This document shows positions 29,214 through 37,800 of a DNA stretch of 64,000 nucleotides, one piece after another. The stretch is from a virus. Position 1 is the stretch's first letter. Each line of letters begins with the position of its first letter. Both the position numbers and the translations under genes were made by a program. Location of the stretch: the IMG/VR virus record IMGVR_UViG_3300006752_000018, positions 28,388 through 92,387 of that record. One strand, 5' to 3'. Under the pieces are notes generated by a model, which was given only the letters and a program-made list of their open reading frames with translations, made no database searches and had not been told where the DNA came from.

Positions 29214-29957
29214 ATGGCTAATTTAAGAGATTATTTATATGGATACGAAGCAGGAGGAGCCAATGTTCCGCAAGAGTTAGTGGTATTTAACACTAATATT
29301 ACTACAGGTAACAACGGAGGTAAGTGTTGTTTATATACTGTAGGACCTAATATGACTAGCGTCAGCGGCGAAGTTTGGGCAGGCGGTGGTGCAGGCGCAG
29401 GCGGATATTGTTGCACATTTGGTTGTGGCGGCAGTCCAGGAGGCTATGTAGAATTTAATGCACCGGTTACGCCTGGCGATAGTATAACAGTATGTGCAGC
29501 TGGTTCAACTTGTTGTAGAAGTTACAGTAGTTGCCAAAACGGTGCCAATTCTTATATTTGTAAGCCGGGTACATGGTGTATTATAGCATGTGGTGGCTGT
29601 CACGGTTATTGGCAATGTAATGGATTTTATTGCTACACATGTCAACGTGTTTGTCAAGAAAACGGCGGAGCTATTAGTGGTAGTGGTGCTACAGGTACAA
29701 TACATCCAAGAAATTTGTCATATGTGTTTAATAACAACTGGTGTTACAACCACACTTATGAAGTTAATCCAGGACCTGCAATGACAGGACATACACGTAT
29801 GTTTGAAAATGGTTGCTGTATGAATAGATACGGCGCAGGATGTTACTTCGGAACATTTCCAGGCGGAGGTGGCATGACATCGCATACACAAGGCGGTTGT
29901 ACTAGCCAATGTGGAACACCGGGCGCCGGCGGCCAAGTATATTTAATATTTAGATAG
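29214..29957 (+). CDS. Cys-rich glycine-rich-domain adhesin 3
   Basis: 23 Cys in 247 aa; NNGGKCCLYTV...EVWAGGG. Confidence 0.65.
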   Translation: MANLRDYLYGYEAGGANVPQELVVFNTNITTGNNGGKCCLYTVGPNMTSVSGEVWAGGGAGAGGYCCTFGCGGSPGGYVEFNAPVTPGDSITVCAAGSTCCRSYSSCQNGANSYICKPGTWCIIACGGCHGYWQCNGFYCYTCQRVCQENGGAISGSGATGTIHPRNLSYVFNNNWCYNHTYEVNPGPAMTGHTRMFENGCCMNRYGAGCYFGTFPGGGGMTSHTQGGCTSQCGTPGAGGQVYLIFR

Positions 29958-29965
29958 GATGAGTA

Positions 29966-30583
29966 ATGACGACAATAAATGTAGATTTTAGTTATAAAGC
30001 ACCAAACAAACGTGGTGAACCTAACTTAGAAAATTACACTCTAGCATCGTGGTCATATACAGGACCAGATAGGATATGGGTGTTTATAGATGCCGAAACG
30101 GGGCAACTTGAACCGAGAGATGCATTAACTGTAGAAACAGACGGAGAAACATTTAATCCTGTACCAACAGAAATTAAAGTAGAAGTTGATCCGACTCGTG
30201 ATCCATTAGTAGCAACTTTAGCTGCAACAGACTTTGATGGCGATGCTCCTACAAGATCATGGGCCCTTCCAGATGGTAGAACACATATAGATTTTGATCC
30301 TTTACCGCCACACGAAGCATACCGTTGTGAAGGTGTTGTGTACGATGCAGCAGCTAATACTTGGTCTTACACATGGGATAGAAATTTAATTACGTGGGAC
30401 CAAGTAAAAAGTACACGTGACTCTCTATTAATTTGGAGTGATCCTAGAGTTAGAGATGATATACCAGAAAGTGTAAAAGCACCGTGGGTAACATATAGAC
30501 AAGCATTAAGAGATATTACTACTGTTTGGGCAGGGCATGAAGCATGGGAAGTACTTATGCCAAATATACCAGAAGGCGGCTAA
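29966..30583 (+). CDS. Tail fibre assembly chaperone-like protein
   Basis: YTGPD..WVF.D.ETG shared with 27791; RD.LL..SD...W..YRQALRDI C-terminus. Confidence 0.75.
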   Translation: MTTINVDFSYKAPNKRGEPNLENYTLASWSYTGPDRIWVFIDAETGQLEPRDALTVETDGETFNPVPTEIKVEVDPTRDPLVATLAATDFDGDAPTRSWALPDGRTHIDFDPLPPHEAYRCEGVVYDAAANTWSYTWDRNLITWDQVKSTRDSLLIWSDPRVRDDIPESVKAPWVTYRQALRDITTVWAGHEAWEVLMPNIPEGG

Positions 30584-30606
30584 ACCACTTTTAGTTTAAT
30601 TTTGTA

Positions 30607-30642
30607 TGCCTCTCTATAAGTAATTTATAGAGAGGTATTTTT
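30607..30642 (+). promoter_or_regulatory. Hairpin sequestering the SD and containing late-promoter variant TATAAGTA; also terminator-like
   Basis: tgcctctctataa-gtaat-ttatagagaggta followed by ttttt then ATG at 30643. Confidence 0.6.
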
Positions 30643-31614
30643 ATGTCAGAAAGAAACAAAGCATTTTTTATTAATGGTGGCGCAGGCCGTGTAATTACAA
30701 GCATTCCAGCATTAGAATTGTTCGAAAAAGAAAATCCAAATAACGATTTTATAATAGTATGTGAGGGCGGAACTGATTTTTATAAAGGACATCCGCAATT
30801 GCATAAACGTGCATACGATGTATGGCATAAAAATTTATTTGAAGATAAATTAAAAGATATGGATTTAATAAGTCCTGAGCCGTATAGAGTTTGGGAATAT
30901 TATAATCAAAAAGGCAGTTTAGCTCAAGCATACGACATAGAAATTAACAAACAAGGTCTTAGAGAGTTGCCTCGTCCTCACATCTACCTTGGAAAACAAG
31001 AAACTGTCTTTGCACAAAAACTTATAAAAGAAATTAAAGAAAAAACAAAAAAAGAAAAAGTAATAGTATTTCAGCCATTTGGTAGAGGTATTATGAATGA
31101 AGACGGTATGATTTTAGATCCTACTGGAAGAAGTTTCGAGCCTGAAGCTGTTGTAAGTATTGTGAGAAAACTTTCTAAAAAGTTTGCAGTAGTGTTTATG
31201 TCAGAAATAGGTATACAATTTGGTGACTACGATATTAAAGAACCTATAGCTATACCTCAAGGAGCTGACTTAAGAGAATGGTCTGCTATAATAAATCAAG
31301 CAGATTATTTTTTAGGATGCGATAGTGTAGGACAACATATGTCATATGCATTGCGCACCCCTGCAACAATTGTTTTAGGTAGTACATACGAAATAAACGT
31401 GTCATATCCTGGCTGTAAATATTTTGATATTTTAGATATGGGAGAAGATGCTAGAATGTATAGTCCTATACGTATAACTGTAGATGAGTATACAGATAGA
31501 ATGAACGAAGGTGTTATGAGAATGAATGATAAAATAGAAAATGTTATTGTTGAATCGTGTGTTAAAAATCAAAAAAAATGGAATGGTAAACCTGAGCTAA
31601 AGGATGCAGCCTAA
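30643..31614 (+). CDS. GT9-like (ADP-heptose heptosyltransferase-type) glycosyltransferase
   Basis: GGAGRVITSIPAL N-terminus; LREWSAIINQADYFLGCDSVGQHMSYAL..P...LGST resembles the GT9 DS..H signature. Confidence 0.65.
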   Translation: MSERNKAFFINGGAGRVITSIPALELFEKENPNNDFIIVCEGGTDFYKGHPQLHKRAYDVWHKNLFEDKLKDMDLISPEPYRVWEYYNQKGSLAQAYDIEINKQGLRELPRPHIYLGKQETVFAQKLIKEIKEKTKKEKVIVFQPFGRGIMNEDGMILDPTGRSFEPEAVVSIVRKLSKKFAVVFMSEIGIQFGDYDIKEPIAIPQGADLREWSAIINQADYFLGCDSVGQHMSYALRTPATIVLGSTYEINVSYPGCKYFDILDMGEDARMYSPIRITVDEYTDRMNEGVMRMNDKIENVIVESCVKNQKKWNGKPELKDAA

Positions 31615-33395
31615 TGATTAAAAAAGATCCTATATGGATTGCTGCTATTGCTAGAGGTCATAATGCAAGTGTATGTCTTTTAAAAGATGGTGAAATTATT
31701 TTTAATATTGAAGAAGAAAGGTTAAGCCGCCAGAAGTATGACGGTGGACCGTTTGCTGGAATGTATAAAATATTAGAATATACAAATAAATTAGATTATC
31801 TAGTTGTAGCACATACCCAACCATTAAATGAAGCAGGTAGAATAGACTTTAGTGGTGATGATATGTATACAGGCTTAGCAAGAAAACTTGGTCTTATTGA
31901 TAGGAAACAAAATCCATATGACCACCCTCAAGTAATTGATATGAGTAGTTATCACCATAAACTACATGCAGCATGTGCTTTTTATAGAAGCGGTTTTAAA
32001 GAAGCAGCTGGCTTAGTTGTTGACGGCGCAGGTACATTTATTAATATGGGAGATACTATAGTTTGGGAAGTTGAAACTATATTTGATTGTTCTTATCCTA
32101 ATAACTTAGCTACTGTAAGAAAGAATATTGGCACTACGGGTCCGTTAGTTGAAAAATTTGCAGAAGGTATTGATAGTAGTATCTTTAATGATAATGGTAC
32201 ACACGAAGCATATGTAACTGAAAAAGCCGGAATAACAAAAACTTATGAAGCTGTTACAGAATATTGTGGATGGAATTTTATTGAAGCCGGAAAAACAATG
32301 GGTTTGTTTCCGTATGGTAACCCAAACGAAAATATTCCAAAACTTTTTCATAGTACACTATACGGCGATGTCAGTAATAGAAATTTAATTATACCAACAT
32401 ATCCTAACGGTGCATATGTTAACAAAGATGTATACGAAGAATTATATGAATCTGGTGATGAGGAACAGGATCTTACACTATTACAAAATAGGCGTGACTT
32501 AGCCTATGCTGTACAAACACAAACACAAGAACAAGTGGTAAAACTAATTCGTAAAGCAGTTGAAATGACTGGTAAAAATAAGGTTGTAATAAGTGGCGGC
32601 TATGGATTAAACTGTGTTGCTAACTACTACTACTTAGATAATTTAGATGACATTGAAATATATGTTGAGCCTGTATCTAATGATAGTGGAACAGCAATGG
32701 GCGCAGCATTACTTCAATGGTATGAAATTACTAACGATACAACTGTTCGAAAAAGGACAGATACGTTATACGAAGGATTTCAATATTGTTATTCAAATGA
32801 CGAAATTGAAACATTGGCAAAAAAATATAATGCTACAGTGCAAGATGCAGTTGATGAAGATGTAATTAATTTAATTACAACAAAAAATATTGTAAGTATA
32901 TTTCAAGGAAAGTCGGAAAATGGTCCCCGTGCATTAGGAAACAGAAGTATACTTTATGATCCTACAGATCCAAATGGAAAAGATTTTGTAAACGAAATAA
33001 AACGCAGGGAATACTTTCGTCCATTTGCAGGTAGTATATTAGAAGAAGATGTACATGAGTGGTTTGACTTACGTGGCATGGATAGTTCGCCTACAATGAT
33101 GTATGCTGTAAATTGTCAACCCGGTATAGAAGAAAAGATTCCCGCAATTATTCACATAGACGGAACATGTCGTATACAAACTGTTAACGAAGAACAAAAC
33201 CCAAACTATTATAAACTTATCAAGGCGTTTAAAGATGCAACAGGATGTCCAATTATTTTTAATACATCGTTTAACTTAGGGGGAGAACCCCTTGTTGAAA
33301 CATTAGAAGATGCGTTATGGACGCTATCACAAAGTGGTATTAACTACTTGTATCTACCAGAATTTGGAAAATTAATAACATGTATAACCGAATAA
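31614..33395 (+). CDS. Carbamoyltransferase (NodU/CmcH/TobZ family)
   Basis: HNASVCLLKDG...EEERLSR.K, HH.LHA, DGAG, GKTMGL.PYG, SGG.GLNC.AN, D.GTA.GAA, E.GPRALGNRS, KRRE.FRPFA, NTSFN..GEP.V. Confidence 0.93.
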   Translation: MIKKDPIWIAAIARGHNASVCLLKDGEIIFNIEEERLSRQKYDGGPFAGMYKILEYTNKLDYLVVAHTQPLNEAGRIDFSGDDMYTGLARKLGLIDRKQNPYDHPQVIDMSSYHHKLHAACAFYRSGFKEAAGLVVDGAGTFINMGDTIVWEVETIFDCSYPNNLATVRKNIGTTGPLVEKFAEGIDSSIFNDNGTHEAYVTEKAGITKTYEAVTEYCGWNFIEAGKTMGLFPYGNPNENIPKLFHSTLYGDVSNRNLIIPTYPNGAYVNKDVYEELYESGDEEQDLTLLQNRRDLAYAVQTQTQEQVVKLIRKAVEMTGKNKVVISGGYGLNCVANYYYLDNLDDIEIYVEPVSNDSGTAMGAALLQWYEITNDTTVRKRTDTLYEGFQYCYSNDEIETLAKKYNATVQDAVDEDVINLITTKNIVSIFQGKSENGPRALGNRSILYDPTDPNGKDFVNEIKRREYFRPFAGSILEEDVHEWFDLRGMDSSPTMMYAVNCQPGIEEKIPAIIHIDGTCRIQTVNEEQNPNYYKLIKAFKDATGCPIIFNTSFNLGGEPLVETLEDALWTLSQSGINYLYLPEFGKLITCITE

Positions 33396-33418
33396 ATACA
33401 TTATCAAGGAGATTGTAA

Positions 33419-33829
33419 ATGGCAATATTTATTGACAAGTATTTACAAGTAGGTAGAAAAAATACTATAAGTCTAAAAAACGATACACAATTAATGAGAA
33501 CCGGTCCGTGGGTAGCTATTCCATTAGAAACGGAATTTGATCGTTTTTATTTAGGAGATTTTACAGGCGCAGAGTATACAATCTTTGTAGACTTGGATAC
33601 ACAAAATAAAGAAATGTTAAAAATATTAGTAGTTGCATCTTTAGACAAAGCAACACTTACAGTTTTTGGAAGATCAAATTTGGGCAATGAAATTGTAAGT
33701 CTAAGTGCTACAGTAAATGATTCTTATGTAAGTTTGAAGGCTACTCCTAGTGCCGATGCATATAAAAATAGTAAATTAGTTTACAATGCATTTTACTTCC
33801 AAAATCAAAATTTATTGGTTCCTTACTAA
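33419..33829 (+). CDS. Hypothetical late/virion protein
   Basis: 136 aa ORF with late motif and GGAG SD. Confidence 0.55.
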   Translation: MAIFIDKYLQVGRKNTISLKNDTQLMRTGPWVAIPLETEFDRFYLGDFTGAEYTIFVDLDTQNKEMLKILVVASLDKATLTVFGRSNLGNEIVSLSATVNDSYVSLKATPSADAYKNSKLVYNAFYFQNQNLLVPY

Positions 33830-33831
33830 AA

Positions 33832-33839
33832 GATAAATA
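33832..33839 (+). promoter_or_regulatory. Late promoter GATAAATA
   Basis: Intergenic, upstream of 33856. Confidence 0.7.
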
Positions 33840-33855
33840 CTGTAAGGAGTGTTAA

Positions 33856-34818
33856 ATGCCTATTACATATAATCCGTTTGAATCGGAACATGGTTTTAAA
33901 AGCACAGGATTTACAGTAGACGACCAGGGTAACATTACTGCCCGGTCTTTGTCGTTTACTATTGCTGCTGAAGACGAAACAGAAACCGACTATGCATTTT
34001 CAGAATCAGGTGCATCTCAATTTAGAGAAACAGGCAATGACCCAGACAATCCTTCCCTTACATTGTTAAGGGGTGTGAGATATACAATTGCTCTTACACT
34101 GTCAACATTAAATTTTAATATTTCAAACGAAGACGGGTCTGCACTATATAATACTGGTGTATCACACACTACAACTAATAATGTAACAACAACAGGTGCG
34201 TCTGCTCAAGGAAAGAGTACAGGAATTGTAACTTTTGATGTGCCTATAGATGCACCAGCAGCTTTACGCTACACAAATTCAACAGGCGCTCCGTTTGGTC
34301 AAATTGCAATATCTGATCCTGTTATAACAGGCAATGGCTCATTTAACACACTTACTGTTGCTGGCAATATGAACGCATTAGGTGCAGATGCATCTATTAG
34401 ATTACAACCTACAGGACAAGGTTCTGTTAATATTTCAGCTAGTACAGGATCTATACAAGGGTTAGCAATAACCACTCCGTCAATTACAAGCACAAGCGGC
34501 TTAATTGATTTACGTCCTCAAGACAATCCTATAACTTTAATTGCAAGAGGCTCAGGTATTGTAACAATCGACAGCGGAACTGTAGGATCAATTAATAATA
34601 TAAACATAGGAAACAATGTACCTGCTACGGGATCTTTTTCAACTCTAGAAGCAACATCAGGCACATTGAACGGAATAAATATAGGTGCAACTACACCTGG
34701 AACAGGTGCATTTACTACCGCATCTGTTACACAATCACCGACAACAACTACCGGCATAGCAAACAAACGGTATGTAGACGAAAACGTTACTGCATTAGCA
34801 ATTGCATTAGGATCATAA
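33856..34818 (+). CDS. Short fibre-like virion protein
   Basis: Degenerate cupredoxin-like region, GSINNINIG/GTLNGINIG..TP..G.FT repeats, ANKRYVD, C-terminal ALAIALGS. Confidence 0.65.
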   Translation: MPITYNPFESEHGFKSTGFTVDDQGNITARSLSFTIAAEDETETDYAFSESGASQFRETGNDPDNPSLTLLRGVRYTIALTLSTLNFNISNEDGSALYNTGVSHTTTNNVTTTGASAQGKSTGIVTFDVPIDAPAALRYTNSTGAPFGQIAISDPVITGNGSFNTLTVAGNMNALGADASIRLQPTGQGSVNISASTGSIQGLAITTPSITSTSGLIDLRPQDNPITLIARGSGIVTIDSGTVGSINNINIGNNVPATGSFSTLEATSGTLNGINIGATTPGTGAFTTASVTQSPTTTTGIANKRYVDENVTALAIALGS

Positions 34819-34821
34819 AAC

Positions 34822-37800
34822 ATGTCAAAGAAAAAACTCTCTACGTATATTTTTAACCCAGGGCGAGGCGTTTTAGAAAATGTCGTTCCAAATGCATACT
34901 CATTAATCGAGTCAAATAAAGAATATATCAAAGACGAAGCAGTTGAATACATTAATTACAGGATTGCATTAGACACAGGTAACGACGATAATCCTGATGC
35001 ATCGGCACAACTAGCAGCAAATAATAATTGGATTAAACGAGAATTAAAAGAATGGATACAAACTGAAGCTGACGCAGCCCAGTTATCTTACACTCCTACT
35101 GATGCTTCATATACAGGCGCAACTGGTGTTTTAAATATAACAATTGGTAGTCACAGTCTTTCTGTTGGGGATAAAATTAAAATTGCCATAGGTGGCATAA
35201 CATTTACCTGTGAAAAAGATAACAATGCAACATTACATCCATACCCACGTGAATCCGGTGTGGCAAACATTACAGGTAACGATCCGTACGCTCATAATTT
35301 AATTGAAATTACAGCAACAGATGCTACATCAATTACAATGAATGTAGGTATATCTTCGGATACAAGTGTTCATACATTTTTTAGTGCGTTAGATGATGCA
35401 GTATCAACACCTTTTTATGACTATACATATAATGAAGAATTTTGGGATACATTGTTAGATGATATTGTTGATGGCATAAAATTTGACGTACGATACGGAG
35501 GAACATATAGTACAAATGCTGCAACACGTTTACTTTGGGACGATGAAACTTCTCTTGTAGCAGGAAATAGAGCACCGCTACAACTTGTTTTTGACGAATT
35601 AGAAAATATATATAATAATTATGTTTTACAAAACGTGCTTAAAACTCCAGTACTACAAACTGAAATTATACAAACACAAGCAGGATCTCCTTCTGAAGCC
35701 GGAGTTTCTACAAAAATTTCAAATTTTATATTAACAATACAACAAACATTAATCAACGGTGTCGATTCAGTTCCTAATGACACATACGGTTATGCATTTG
35801 CAGAATATACTTATAACGAATATAAATGTGAAAGAGATATTGGATATGTTATAGATGCTTATTTGCATGATTTAAGATATACAGGTAACAAAAGTACATA
35901 CGAAGTGTCGTCTTTTTACTGGAAGCAAGGAGTTCCGCAAGTAGACGGTAATAGATTACCTGAAGTAGAAACACATCAGTTTATTGAAACACTACTAAAT
36001 GATTACATACTATTGAATACTGCATTTACTACTCGTCAAGATCCAGTAAGAAGTTCACAGGCAATAGATTTAACAAAGTCAACAGAAGTAGGTGTTGTAA
36101 GTAGTATAACAACATTAAGAACGCTGTTAACAGACGTAATTTTAAACGGAGTAGAGTCGTTACCGACAAAAGTAAACGGTTTAGGTACTATTCGTGTGCA
36201 AGGTAGATTTAGAGAAGAAGATATTTTGCTTATTACAAATGTTAGCAAGGGCGAAGTAATTTATACATTCAATGACCCTGGTAAAATTGCAGACGTTGAA
36301 TTTTTAAAAGATACAGATGTTGATGCAAGTATTGAAGAAGAATTTAGTAGCTTTAGTCAGACAGCTGATACTATTACAAGTATAAAGCTATATTATAGTA
36401 CTGCTACACATACGTCTACTGATAGATTACAAATATTCGTAGAAGATAAAGAAATCAGAACAAGACCGTTTGATTTTGGTACAGATGCTATTGAAAGAAA
36501 CAGAGTAGCAAATGCACAATCTATGCTAGATGCTGACTTTGAATACGGATTGCAACCTACTAAATGGCAAGCTATTGGTATGCAGCGCGGTTATCCTAGT
36601 ATTTACGAAGTACCCGGTACAGAATTAAATGTTATATCGGTAGTAACAGATGCATCTATTGCAACATCAGGTATTGGTTCTAGTTTAATAACAGTCACAA
36701 CTACTGCACCGCACGACTTTAATCCAGGTGAACCGTTTACTATTAAAGGTTTGGGCGGCACTGCATTAGGAATTGGTAGAGCAGAAGGCTCCTTTGTTGT
36801 AAATGGTATACCTACAAGCACAACTTTTAACTACTATGCAAAGTCTAAAGTAGGGATTAATACAGGCGAAGTATTATCTACTTATTATACACAACTTAGA
36901 AAAGCCGGGTTTTACACAGGAGCTGCTGTAGGATCACCTACTTTTTCAATAGCAAGTCAAGGTAGTGCAGGAACATTTACAACTTCGTTGTCTCATCCGA
37001 CAGGATCGGATACTATAACTGTAAACGGAACAATACCTGAATTAGGAGCACCGCTTGTACAACAAGGCGCTCTACCATATTCTGTACCAACAGGATCACA
37101 GGTTACAGGTAGTATAGGAGATGGATCAGGTGTTCAAGTTACTGCTGGCACAGCTGAAGATATTCTTCAAGGCGAAAATAGTTTTGATGTAATAGACACT
37201 TCGGGTATAGTTGTAGGTATGGCAATTGACTTAGGAGACGGAAGCGCAGGTATTGTTACTACTATACAGGGAACAACTGTAAACCTAGACAGGCCATTAA
37301 CGGCTAACAGAGCAGGTTCAGATGTGACATATGAAGACTTAGCAGCATCACTGCAAACTGCAACAATAGGAACAAATGCAACATTTAATGTAAGTAGGAG
37401 CGCAGGAACGTATACTACTACAATAAACAATGCTGGATCAGGATATGTTGTAAATGATGTATTAGAGATTTCGGGTAATTTATTAGCAGGACAAAATCCT
37501 GCTAATAATATTTATATACGTGTTACTACAATCGGCAGTAGTGGAGAAATTCTAACATTTGATGAAAGTGGTGTAGCAGCGCCAGCTGACGGCAGTTTTA
37601 CAGGACTATCAGGTATACTACAATCTGGAGTAGGAACAGGAGCATTTTTTGACATTACAAAAACAAATAATGTTTATAGTGCAGCAGCAGCTAGTCTTGA
37701 CGAATTAGTTAACGGTTTTGATCCTGCGCCTTTGGGAGCAAATGCTACATTTACAATAAATGTAAGTGCAGGTGCATATAGTGTTATTATTGAAACAGGT

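Noticed and set aside
29055-29603. CxxCH heme-c motifs (CATCH in 28455, CGGCH in 29214)
   Set aside because: They occur at non-equivalent positions and are absent from the third paralog. There is no signal peptide for cytochrome c maturation, and such motifs are expected by chance at ~10% Cys.
5005-29957. Diversity-generating retroelement or invertase-based tail switching
   Set aside because: No reverse transcriptase, no near-identical TR/VR pair differing at adenines, and no recombinase or inverted cassettes were seen.
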